A program made the position numbers and the translations under genes. Shown one piece after another: positions 30,443 to 39,272 of a stretch of DNA of 64,000 nucleotides (positions are counted from its first letter, which is position 1; every line of letters begins with the position of its first letter). The stretch is from positions 2,383 to 66,382 of the forward strand of contig SCUO01000018.1 of assembly GCA_004297395.1 (NCBI GenBank). The letters run 5' to 3'. Source of the DNA: Chloroflexota bacterium (GTDB taxonomy: Bacteria; Chloroflexota; Limnocylindria; Limnocylindrales; CSP1-4). The notes beneath the pieces are model-generated. The model did no database searches, was not told the DNA's origin, and saw only the letters and a list, made by a program, of their open reading frames with translations.

Positions 30443-30468
30443 TCCGATAGGAACCAGTTCCTATCGGA
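30443..30468. promoter_or_regulatory. near-perfect 26-bp palindrome TCCGATAGGAAC-CA-GTTCCTATCGGA (candidate operator)
   Basis: 12-bp arms sit in a locally AT-richer patch about 60 bp upstream of the crp-like start. On the crp strand a TAGAAT -10-like box (complement of 30431-30436) lies just downstream of it. Confidence 0.6.
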
Positions 30469-30676
30469 TGCCCTCTCGGAGGCCTAAGGTCCGACGGCGA
30501 TCCCAGAGTCGCCGCGGGGCGCGCCGCGAGGCCCGGGCACGTCCACACGCCCGACATGGCCGTGCCGGGAACGGAAGAACCGAGCGCGCATGGCTGTTCG
30601 AGCGCGGCGTCCCCCCCGATCGCGCCCAACACCGGCGCGCGAGCGGCTCTTCGACACGGCGTCCCTGGGCGAACCG

Positions 30677-30856
30677 GTGGCAGCCCTCGACTTCGTCGGC
30701 GGGGTGCTCCAGGCCTCCACCGAGTACTCGATCATCGGCGACGCCAACGCCGACATTCCCCACGTTTCCGAGGACGTGGCGAGTGCCCGCTCCCGGGCGC
30801 TGATGGTCGTCGACGCCACCCTCGAGGCTCGTCATGGCCAAGATCGTCGTCGTTGA
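30677..30856 (+). CDS. possible small ORF overlapping the start of the hybrid kinase gene
   Basis: High GC3 in this frame from about 30640 (LFDTASLGEPVAALDFVGGVLQASTEYSIIGDANADIPHVSEDVASARSRALMVVDATLEARHG). The start is unclear (GTG 30677 or 30704, or ATG 30590). It ends 23 nt inside the kinase gene. Confidence 0.3.
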   Translation: MAALDFVGGVLQASTEYSIIGDANADIPHVSEDVASARSRALMVVDATLEARHGQDRRR

Positions 30857-33419
30857 CGACGACCCGCTGGGTCGTCGGTACGTCTCGGACCTCCTGCGAT
30901 CGTTCCGCCATGTCGTTCATGAGGCGAGCGACGGCCAGGAGGGCCTGGACCTCGTCATGCACGAACGGCCCGACCTGGTCCTCACCGACCTCCTGATGCC
31001 GCGCCTGGATGGCTACGAGCTGGCCCACCAGATTCGCCAGGATCCCGCCATGTCTCAGCTGCCGATCATCTTCTACTCGGCGACCTACCAGGAGCGCGAA
31101 GGGCGCGAGCTCGCGGCCGAGCCCGGGGCCCACGTCCTGGTCAAGCCGGGCGAGCCGCAGGTGATCCTCAACACCGTCGAGAGGGTCCTTCGATGGTCAT
31201 CGCGCCTGCGAGGGACCGTCCGCCCGGCGGCCCCCCGCGCCGGCGCGCTCGACGCTCGCAACCTCGCCGACGTCGGCGCCAAGCTGGCGTCAAAGGTCCA
31301 GGAACTCCAGGTCGTCGACTGGCGGCTCGACGCGCTTTTGTCGCTGTCGGCAGCGATGGCCGGTCTGCCGGATCCGGAATCGGTCGCCAGCCGGATGTGC
31401 TCCGGGGCGCGCGACATCATTCCTTCACGCCGGGCCGGCATCGTGATCGCCGCGAATGACGACGACCACGCCGAGCTGTACGTCACCAGCGGCCTGACCG
31501 ATGACGAGCTCGCGATCCTGCCGGCGCACCCTGCCCTTGATGGCATCGTCGGCCAGGTCATTCGCTCGGGGAATCCGGCCCGGGCGTCGACGGCGGGTCG
31601 GCGCGGCGGCAAGGCCCGGCTTGTCCAGCTGCCGGATGGCCATCCGCCGGTGGCGTCGTTCCTCGTCGTCCCGGTCCCGTTCCGATCCCTGCGCGGTGCC
31701 CTGTATCTTGCCGACCGGCTGGGCGGCGACGCCTTCGGCGCGGGAGACCAGAGGGTCGCGGTGGCCCTTGCAGCGCAGCTGGCATCGACCTTCGAGAGTC
31801 ACCGCCTGCTCGTCGATCTGCGGGCCACGGTGGCGAACCTGGAGCGAAGCCGCAGGGCACTCGACAGCTCCGAAGACCAGTTCCGCCGGGTCCTCGACTC
31901 ATCGCCCAACTCGATCATCGGGGTTGATCGCGGCGGCCTGATCACGTTCGCGAACCCCCAGGTCGCCGCGTCGTTCGGGTACGCGCTGGAGGAGCTCGTC
32001 GGACAATCGGTCGGGGTGCTGGTACCGGATCGGATCGGGTCCCATGCCGCCCACGTCGCAACGTTCCTCGATAGCCCGATCGCCAGGCCATTGGGGATCG
32101 GTCTCGAGCTCGCCGCCCGTCGGCGCGACGGTAGCGAGTTCCCGGTGGAGATCAGCCTCGCCCCGGTCGCCTCCCCGGACGGCGGGTCGATGACATTCGC
32201 GACGATCGTCGACATCAGCGCCCGGAAGCGCTTCGAGGCCCAGATGGTCCAGGCCCAGAAGATGGAGTCGATCGGCATGCTCGCCGGCGGCGTCGCCCAC
32301 GATTTCAACAACCTCCTCACGGCAATCTCGGGGTTCGCCGAGCTGCTCGCGATGGATACCCCGGAGGGTGATCCGCGACGGGAGTACGTGGACGGAATCA
32401 GCCGGGCGACGTCACGGGCTGCCGGCCTGACCCGGCAGCTGCTGGCATTCGGTCGGCGGCAGGTCCTCAACCCGGCACCCGTCGACCTGGGAAGCCTCGT
32501 CCGCGACATGGAGCCGATGCTGCGTCGCCTCGCCGGCGAGGACATCGTCTTTGCCTTCGAATTCGACGCTGACACGCCGCCGGCCCTGTTCGATGCCAGT
32601 CGCCTGGAACAGGTCCTCGTGAACCTGGTGGTCAACGCTCGGGACGCCATCGCCGCCGCCGGCCATATCGTGATCCGGATCAGCTCGGCTGAACTCGACG
32701 AGTCCTACGGGCCCGATCATGGCGCGGACGTGCCGGCCGGCACCTACGTCATCCTGACGGTTGCCGACGACGGAGCCGGCATGGATCAGGCCACGCGCAG
32801 CAGGATCTTCGAGCCGTTCTTCACGACCAAGGAGGCCGGCACCGGCCTCGGGCTGTCGTCGGTCTACGGGATCGTGAAGCAGTCCGGCGGGTTCATCTGG
32901 GTCTACTCCGAGCTGGGCAAGGGCACGACCTTCAAGCTCTACCTCCCGCGCGCCACCGCGGTCCCCACGCTGGAGCCAGAGGCCCCTGCTGCGGTCGCGC
33001 CGCAGGCGTCCGGGACCGTCCTGCTGGTCGAGGACGAGCCGGCCGTCCTCGGGGTGATCGCCCGGATGCTGGGCCATGCGGGCTTCCACGTCCTCGCCGC
33101 GGAGACGCCGGAGGCGGCCCTCGAGATCGCGCGAACGCAGCCGGGCCCGATCGACATCCTGCTGGCCGACGTGGTCATGCCCGAGATGACCGGCCCTGAG
33201 CTCGCGAAGGCGCTCACGGGAATCCGCGACCTCCGCGTCCTCTTCATGTCCGGCTATGCCTGGGCGGCGCTCGGCAGGCGTGGGGTGCTCGATGACGACG
33301 CCCAGGTCATCGAAAAGCCGTTCTCCGCCAACGAGCTCGTCGCCCGGGTGGCTGCGATCGCCGCCACACCGGCTCTCGCCACATCACCGGTGCGGATCGG
33401 CCGCCCGCGAGGGAGCTGA
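30834..33419 (+). CDS. hybrid sensor histidine kinase / response regulator (REC-GAF-PAS-HisKA-HATPase-REC)
   Basis: N-terminal REC KIVVVDDDPLGRR...DLVLTDLLMPRLDG. PAS region FRRVLDSSPNSIIGVDRGG. H-box GGVAHDFNNLLTAISG. ATPase region DDGAGMD...GTGLGLS. C-terminal REC VLLVEDEPAVL...LLADVVMPEMTG. Confidence 0.9.
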   Translation: MAKIVVVDDDPLGRRYVSDLLRSFRHVVHEASDGQEGLDLVMHERPDLVLTDLLMPRLDGYELAHQIRQDPAMSQLPIIFYSATYQEREGRELAAEPGAHVLVKPGEPQVILNTVERVLRWSSRLRGTVRPAAPRAGALDARNLADVGAKLASKVQELQVVDWRLDALLSLSAAMAGLPDPESVASRMCSGARDIIPSRRAGIVIAANDDDHAELYVTSGLTDDELAILPAHPALDGIVGQVIRSGNPARASTAGRRGGKARLVQLPDGHPPVASFLVVPVPFRSLRGALYLADRLGGDAFGAGDQRVAVALAAQLASTFESHRLLVDLRATVANLERSRRALDSSEDQFRRVLDSSPNSIIGVDRGGLITFANPQVAASFGYALEELVGQSVGVLVPDRIGSHAAHVATFLDSPIARPLGIGLELAARRRDGSEFPVEISLAPVASPDGGSMTFATIVDISARKRFEAQMVQAQKMESIGMLAGGVAHDFNNLLTAISGFAELLAMDTPEGDPRREYVDGISRATSRAAGLTRQLLAFGRRQVLNPAPVDLGSLVRDMEPMLRRLAGEDIVFAFEFDADTPPALFDASRLEQVLVNLVVNARDAIAAAGHIVIRISSAELDESYGPDHGADVPAGTYVILTVADDGAGMDQATRSRIFEPFFTTKEAGTGLGLSSVYGIVKQSGGFIWVYSELGKGTTFKLYLPRATAVPTLEPEAPAAVAPQASGTVLLVEDEPAVLGVIARMLGHAGFHVLAAETPEAALEIARTQPGPIDILLADVVMPEMTGPELAKALTGIRDLRVLFMSGYAWAALGRRGVLDDDAQVIEKPFSANELVARVAAIAATPALATSPVRIGRPRGS

Positions 33420-33422
33420 TCC

Positions 33423-33739
33423 ATGGACGAGCGTCACGTCTCCGGAGTCAACGCGGGCCGTCAGCCAGGCGTCGCGAAGCGCGTCCTCGTCATCGACGAC
33501 GATCCGAACCAGGCTCGCGCGGTCGCATGAGCACTGGCGGCAGTCCCGGGCAAGCCATACGTCGTCGAGGGCGTGGCGACAGCGGGGAGGGCTTGGCGAC
33601 GATGATTGCCGGCCGGCACGCGGCATACCTGGTCGACCAGCGCCTGGGGGCGGACGCCTCCGCCACAGCGACACTGTCGGCGGCGCGAGGCGCGCTTGAG
33701 CTGTCGCGACGGGCCGGCGGCGGGGTCGTCATCTCGTGA
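33423..33739 (+). pseudogene. decayed stand-alone receiver (REC) gene: in-frame TGA plus one frameshift
   Basis: ATG 33423 lies 3 nt after the kinase stop. MDERHVSGVNAGRQPGVAKRVLVIDDDPNQARAVA reads into TGA (33528-33530). The same frame continues ALAAVPGKPYVVEGVATAG. The coding signal then moves to the frame of ORF 33527-33739 (GEGLATMIAGRHAAYLVDQRLGADAS...), with the switch in a G-run near 33585-33592. Confidence 0.5.
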
Positions 33740-35430
33740 CCGCGTCAGGACGCACTGCCCCTGCTCCGGAATCCGGGCCGGACCGGCCGCGGCTCCTCGT
33801 CATCGACGACGATCCGGATGTCCTCGCGGCGGTCGCCGCCTACCTGAGACACGCTGGCTTCGAGGTCGAGTGCGCCCCATCCGGCGATGCAGGCCTGGCG
33901 ATTCTCGAGACGCTGTCGTTCGACCTCGTGCTCTGCGACCTGGGGATGCCCGGCCTGTCGGGCCTGGACGTCGTCCGGACCCTGCGCGAGCGTCCGCGAA
34001 CGGCGACGATGCCGTTCGTCCTGATGACCGGTTCCCAGCCCGAGACCGGCCTCGTGCCGGGCCTGGACGCCGGGGCCGACGACTTCATCACCAAGCCGAT
34101 CCGGATGGATGAGCTCGTAGCCCGGGTTCGAGCGCGCCTCCGGATGACGGGCGCGTGGTCGGACATGGTCGAGCTGGAGCTCCGCGAACGGGCCTCCGTG
34201 GTCGACGCCCTCGGCCACCTGGACATGCCGACCGAGATGGACCGAGCCGGCCGGTTGATCGTCGAGGAGATCGCCAAGCGGGTGGCTCCCCAATTCATCG
34301 CGTTCATGCAGGTGATGGGCGAGGGACAGCTGCGGCGGATCGCGTCGTACAGCGCGACGGACGGCTTCTCGAGCAGCAGCCGGAGGATCGTCCGATCGCG
34401 GGCCGACTACCTGCTGGGTCGCCTGCGCGACGGCGCCTGGGCCGAGCGCCTCGAGCCACCCAGGGACGGCGAGCCCAAGTCGGGGTTCTGGGCCGTCGAC
34501 CAGGACCTCGTCGCCGTCGGGCCGATCTACGCGGGCGAGGAGCTCGTCGCGATCCTGACCGTCGGCGTCAAGTCCGACCTCAAGGGCACGAGCTTCAACC
34601 TGCAGCGAGCACGGTTGCTGGCCGCGGTGCTCGATTACGCGGCCAGCGTCAGCCTCAAGCTGGGCCCGAAGCTGGTCGACCACCGCCGTCGCGAGGCTGA
34701 GCGCCGACGCCTCCGGGTGATCCTGGACGAGCGGCAGTTCAGCATGGTCTACCAGCCGATCGTCGGGCTCGAGTCGCGCCAGGTCGTCGGCTACGAGGCG
34801 CTCGCCCGGTTCGCCGACGGCACCCGGCCCGACGTGCGGTTCGAGGAGGCCACCTCGGCCGGCATCGGGCCCGAGTACGAGCTGGCCGCAGTCGCCGCCG
34901 CGGTCGAGGGGGTGGCCGGTCTTCCGCGTGAGCTGTTCCTGGCAATCAACGTCTCGCCGTCGGTGGTCGTCGAAGCGGGCCCGGAGATCGCCGAGCTGCT
35001 TCGTGCCGCCGGTCGCACGATCGTCCTCGAGATCACCGAGAACATGCCGATCCTGGACTACAAGGCCTTCCGCGGCGTCATCGCGACACTCCCCGATGTG
35101 CGGGTCGCGATCGACGATGCCGGCGCCGGATACTCGAGCCTCCGCCACGTCGTCGAGCTCAAGCCGAGCTTCACGAAGCTCGATATCTCGTTCGTCCAGC
35201 AGATCGACCGCGACCCCGTCCGCCGGGCCCTCGTGGCCGGCCTGGTCTACTACGCAGCGGTGGCCGACTTCTGGCTGATCGGCGAAGGGATCGAGCGCCA
35301 GGAAGAGGCGGACGCCCTGCGAGAGATCGGGGTGACGTACGGGCAGGGGTACCTGTTCGGCCGGCCGGGTCCGCTCCCTGCACCAACGAAACCGACCCGG
35401 CGGCGCCGAGCTCCGTCACGCTCGGCCTGA
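33736..35430 (+). CDS. response regulator with EAL (c-di-GMP phosphodiesterase) output domain
   Basis: REC domain RLLVIDDDPDVLAA...LVLCDLGMPGLSG. EAL domain motifs QPIVGLESRQVVGYEALARF, EITENMP, DDAGAGYSSL and GEGIERQEE...GQGYLFGRP. Confidence 0.9.
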   Translation: MTASGRTAPAPESGPDRPRLLVIDDDPDVLAAVAAYLRHAGFEVECAPSGDAGLAILETLSFDLVLCDLGMPGLSGLDVVRTLRERPRTATMPFVLMTGSQPETGLVPGLDAGADDFITKPIRMDELVARVRARLRMTGAWSDMVELELRERASVVDALGHLDMPTEMDRAGRLIVEEIAKRVAPQFIAFMQVMGEGQLRRIASYSATDGFSSSSRRIVRSRADYLLGRLRDGAWAERLEPPRDGEPKSGFWAVDQDLVAVGPIYAGEELVAILTVGVKSDLKGTSFNLQRARLLAAVLDYAASVSLKLGPKLVDHRRREAERRRLRVILDERQFSMVYQPIVGLESRQVVGYEALARFADGTRPDVRFEEATSAGIGPEYELAAVAAAVEGVAGLPRELFLAINVSPSVVVEAGPEIAELLRAAGRTIVLEITENMPILDYKAFRGVIATLPDVRVAIDDAGAGYSSLRHVVELKPSFTKLDISFVQQIDRDPVRRALVAGLVYYAAVADFWLIGEGIERQEEADALREIGVTYGQGYLFGRPGPLPAPTKPTRRRRAPSRSA

Positions 35431-35457
35431 TTGCCCTCGGGTGGTATGGTCCTGTCC

Positions 35458-35481
35458 CGGCTCCGCCGGGTATCGGAGCCG
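35458..35481 (+). terminator. hairpin CGGCTCCG-N8-CGGAGCCG downstream of the EAL gene
   Basis: An 8-bp perfect stem located 28 nt after the stop at 35430. There is no U-tract. Confidence 0.35.
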
Positions 35482-35500
35482 TTGAGCACGAGGACCTGCC

Positions 35501-36433
35501 GTGGCGCGATCGATGTGGAAGGGGGCCATCCAGTTCGGGCTGGTCACCATCCCGGTCAAGCTCTACGTGGCCACCGAATCACGGGCCGGCGTGAGCTTCA
35601 ACATGCTCCACGCCGAGGACCTCTCGCGGATCCAGATGAAGATCTTCTGCCCGGTCGAGGAGGAGATCATCTCCCGGGCCGACACGGTCAAGGGCTTCGA
35701 ATACGCGCCCGGCGAGTACGTCGTCATCACCGACGAGGACCTCGAATCGCTGCCCCTCAAGACGGTCCGCTCGATCGAGATCGAGCAGTTCGTCGAATCC
35801 GAGGCTGCGGCCACCCACACCAAGTTCGTGAAGCAGGCCTACTACATCGAGCCGGACAAGATCGGCCGCAAGGCGTTCGCGCTCCTGAAGTCGGTCCTCC
35901 AGGACAAGGGTCTCACGGCGATCTGCAAGGTCGTCATCAAGGATCGCGAGGCCCTCGCGGCGCTCGACCCGTATGACAACACGATGGTCCTCTCGACGCT
36001 CTACTGGCCGGACGAGATCAGGGCCCTCGGCGAGCTGGACCTGCCGGACGAGGAGCCCGAGATCAAGCCGGCCGAGAAGCAGATGGCCGAGGCCCTCGTC
36101 GGCTCGATGACCGGCGAGTTCGACCCGTCCAGCTACCAGGACGAGTACCGGACCGCGCTCATGCAGATCATCGAGTCCAAGGTCGAGGGCCGCGAGGTCG
36201 TCGCCGGCCCGGCGGCCGAGGAGCCGACGAACCTGGTCGACCTCATGGCCGCCCTCGAGGCGAGCGTGAAGGCCGCGAAGTCGGCCCGGGAGGCGGGCAC
36301 GCCGCCGCCCACGTCGGTGGCCGACGCCAAGGCCAAGAAGGCCACGACGGCCAAGGCCCGGGCGCGCGCCGCGGATGACGAGGCCGACGAGGCCGACGAG
36401 GCCAAGCCGGCGCGGCGCCGGAAGAGCGCCTGA
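35501..36433 (+). CDS. ku: Ku protein (non-homologous end joining)
   Basis: (V)ARSMWKGAIQFGLVTIPVKLYVATE is a classic bacterial Ku N-terminus. The C-terminal tail is basic and Ala/Lys-rich. Confidence 0.9.
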   Translation: MARSMWKGAIQFGLVTIPVKLYVATESRAGVSFNMLHAEDLSRIQMKIFCPVEEEIISRADTVKGFEYAPGEYVVITDEDLESLPLKTVRSIEIEQFVESEAAATHTKFVKQAYYIEPDKIGRKAFALLKSVLQDKGLTAICKVVIKDREALAALDPYDNTMVLSTLYWPDEIRALGELDLPDEEPEIKPAEKQMAEALVGSMTGEFDPSSYQDEYRTALMQIIESKVEGREVVAGPAAEEPTNLVDLMAALEASVKAAKSAREAGTPPPTSVADAKAKKATTAKARARAADDEADEADEAKPARRRKSA

Positions 36434-36462
36434 CGCCCCAACCCGACCGCTCGACCCGCGGG

Positions 36463-39234
36463 ATGCCGCTCGAGGAATACCGGCGCAAGCGCAACTTCGG
36501 GCGGACCCCGGAGCCCGCCGGCGACCACGCCCGTGGAGGCGGTGAGCCTGCCTCGCACGGTCGCTTCGTCATCCAGCGCCACCGGGCGACGCGCCTCCAT
36601 TACGACTTCCGGCTCGAGATCGACGGCGTCCTCGTCTCGTGGGCCGTGCCCCGCGGCCCGACCCTCGACCCGGCCGCGCGCCGGATGGCCGTCCACGTCG
36701 AGGACCACCCGATCGAGTACCTCGACTTCGAGGGCGTCATCCCGCGCGGCCAGTACGGCGCCGGCGACGTCATCGTCTGGGATTGGGGCACCTGGCAGGC
36801 CGACGCCGAAACCCCCGACGGCCGCCGCGGCGTGGCCGACGGCGAGCTGAAGTTCAGCCTCGAGGGCGGGAAGGTCACGGGTCGGTTCACGATCGTCCGG
36901 ACCAGCGGCCGCGGCCGGGGCAAGCCGGGCCGCGCCGCCGACCCGGCCGCCCGACCGTTCGAGGACGACGAGGCCGAGCAGTGGCTGCTCATCCACAAGC
37001 GCGGCCCGACGTCGGTCGCGGGCTGGGACGCCGAGGACCACCCCCAGAGCGTGAAGACCGGCCGGACGAACGACGAGGTCCTCGCCAATCGCGACGCCGT
37101 CTGGGTCAGCGAGGCGCCCGCCGCGGCCGCCCGGATCGACCTCGCGAACGCGATCGAGACCCCGATGCCGAGCTTCATCGTGCCGATGGCGGCCACCCTG
37201 GCGGACCGCGCCTTCCGGGACGAGGACTGGCTCTTCGAGGTCAAGTGGGACGGCTACCGCCTCCAGGCGGTGGTCCGCGGCGGCAAGGTCCGGACGTACA
37301 CCCGCAACGGCAAGGACGGCGAGACCTATTTCCCGAAGCTCCTCGCGCCACCGACATGGATCGAGGCGCACGAGGCGATCGTCGACGGCGAGGTCGTCGC
37401 CGTGAACGAGGCCGGGATGCCGGAGTTCTCGCTCCTCCAGGAGAAGCTCGGCGCCCGGGGCGGCGGTGGCGGCGCCGCGCCCGGGCTCGTCTACCACGTC
37501 TTCGACCTCCTCTACCACGACGGCCGCTCACTCCTCCAGGTCCCGCTCGAGGATCGGAAGCGGCTCCTCGCCTCGGTCATCCGTGACCATCCCCGGGTCC
37601 GTTACGCCAGCCACGTCGACACCGAGGGTCTGGCCTTCCTCCAGGCCTGCGAGGCCCAGGGCCTGGAGGGTGCGATCGCCAAGCACCGCCGCTCGAGGTA
37701 CGAGCCCGGGACGCGGTCGCGGGCCTGGCTGAAGCTGAAGATCCGGCCCGAGCAGGAGCTCGTCGTCGGCGGCTGGACGCCCGGGGAGGGGAATGCCAGG
37801 GACCTTGGCGCCCTCGTCGTCGGCTACTACGAGCGCGACGGCGATGGAGCTGACGGCGACGGGTCTGGCGGCAACCGCCGTGCCGGTGCCGGGCCGCGCC
37901 TCCACTTCGCCGGCAAGGTCGGCTCCGGCTTCACCGCCAAGACGCGAGCGGAGCTGCGCCGGCGCCTGGCCGAGCTCGAGACGACCACCCTGCCCTTCGA
38001 CCCGCCGCCACCGAAGGACTATCGCGGCCGCTGGGGCGGCGACCTGGCCGGCGTCACCTGGGTCCGGCCCGAGCTCGTGATCCGGGCCGAGCTCGGCGGC
38101 TGGACCCGCGAGGGAATCGTCCGCCAGGCGGCCTACAAGGGTCTCGAGCCCGGCAAGGACCCGATCGACGTCGTGCGAGAGCGCGCCGTGGCCACGACGG
38201 CCACGGTCCGGGAGGTCGAATCCGTGCTGCCGGCGGCGAAACCGGCGACCATCGATGCCGTGTCCGGCCACCTCCACCCCTGGTCCGCCACCGACGCCGA
38301 GCTCGAGGCCCTCGCGAAGCTCGGCAAGGAAGGCGTGTGGCACGTCGGCGGCGTGGACCTGAAGCTCACCAATCTCGACAAGCCGCTGTTCCCGCCGGCG
38401 GATGGCGATGACGGCGGCCCGATCACGAAGCGCGAGGTTGTCGGCTACTTCGCCCGGATCGCCCCGGTCATGCTGCCGCACCTGGAGGACCGGCCCCTCA
38501 ACCTCCATCGCTTCCCCGACGGGGCCAGCGGCGGCGGGTTCTGGCAGAAGGACCTGAAGCCCACCGACCCGTCCTGGCTCCGACGCTGGCGCGAGGTCGG
38601 CGTCGAGGCCCGCGAGGCCAACGAGCACGTCATCGCCGACCGCGTGGCCACCCTCTGCTGGCTCGGCAACCAGGCGGCCTTCGAGGTCCACGCCTGGACC
38701 TCGCGCCTCGACGCGCCGTACCGGCCGACGTTCGCCCTGATCGACATCGATCCCGGGACGAGCACGACATGGGACGAGACGCTCGTCCTGGGCCGGCTCT
38801 TCCGGACCGCGCTCGAGCACCTGGCGGTGCGGGGCTATCCCAAGGTCACCGGCCAGCGCGGCATCCAGATCTGGATCCCGATCGTCCCGAAGTACGACCA
38901 CGGCCAGACGACTGACTGGGTCGAGAAGGTCTCGCGGGCCGTGGGCGCGGTCGTGCCGGACCTCGTGTCGTGGGAGTGGGCCAAGAAGTCACGCGGCGGG
39001 AAGGCCCGCCTCGACTACACCCAGAACGAGCCGATCAAGACGCTCGTGGCGCCATACGCGGTCCGGCCGGCCGCGGGCGCGCCGGTCTCGGCCCCGATCA
39101 GCTGGGACGAGCTGGACGATCCGGACCTCCGCCCGAACCGCTGGACGATCCGGACGATGCCTGATCGGGTGGCCGCCGTCGGCGATCTCTTCGCCGGCGC
39201 CCAGACGGACCTCCAGGAGCTGCCGCCGGTCTAG
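36463..39234 (+). CDS. ligD: ATP-dependent DNA ligase LigD (phosphoesterase-ligase-polymerase order)
   Basis: PE domain: FVIQRHRATRLHYDFRLEIDGVLVSWAVPRGP. Ligase adenylation motif: EVKWDGYR. C-terminal primase-polymerase domain: LNLHRFPDG...FWQKD. Confidence 0.9.
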   Translation: MPLEEYRRKRNFGRTPEPAGDHARGGGEPASHGRFVIQRHRATRLHYDFRLEIDGVLVSWAVPRGPTLDPAARRMAVHVEDHPIEYLDFEGVIPRGQYGAGDVIVWDWGTWQADAETPDGRRGVADGELKFSLEGGKVTGRFTIVRTSGRGRGKPGRAADPAARPFEDDEAEQWLLIHKRGPTSVAGWDAEDHPQSVKTGRTNDEVLANRDAVWVSEAPAAAARIDLANAIETPMPSFIVPMAATLADRAFRDEDWLFEVKWDGYRLQAVVRGGKVRTYTRNGKDGETYFPKLLAPPTWIEAHEAIVDGEVVAVNEAGMPEFSLLQEKLGARGGGGGAAPGLVYHVFDLLYHDGRSLLQVPLEDRKRLLASVIRDHPRVRYASHVDTEGLAFLQACEAQGLEGAIAKHRRSRYEPGTRSRAWLKLKIRPEQELVVGGWTPGEGNARDLGALVVGYYERDGDGADGDGSGGNRRAGAGPRLHFAGKVGSGFTAKTRAELRRRLAELETTTLPFDPPPPKDYRGRWGGDLAGVTWVRPELVIRAELGGWTREGIVRQAAYKGLEPGKDPIDVVRERAVATTATVREVESVLPAAKPATIDAVSGHLHPWSATDAELEALAKLGKEGVWHVGGVDLKLTNLDKPLFPPADGDDGGPITKREVVGYFARIAPVMLPHLEDRPLNLHRFPDGASGGGFWQKDLKPTDPSWLRRWREVGVEAREANEHVIADRVATLCWLGNQAAFEVHAWTSRLDAPYRPTFALIDIDPGTSTTWDETLVLGRLFRTALEHLAVRGYPKVTGQRGIQIWIPIVPKYDHGQTTDWVEKVSRAVGAVVPDLVSWEWAKKSRGGKARLDYTQNEPIKTLVAPYAVRPAAGAPVSAPISWDELDDPDLRPNRWTIRTMPDRVAAVGDLFAGAQTDLQELPPV

Positions 39235-39272
39235 TGGGGCGCGCCGCCGCGGCACGACCTCCGGCAGGCGCC

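Noticed and set aside
33528-33530. In-frame TGA as selenocysteine or programmed readthrough
   Set aside because: There is no SECIS-like hairpin immediately downstream. The same gene also needs a frameshift about 60 nt later and is truncated, so decay or a sequencing error is the simpler explanation.
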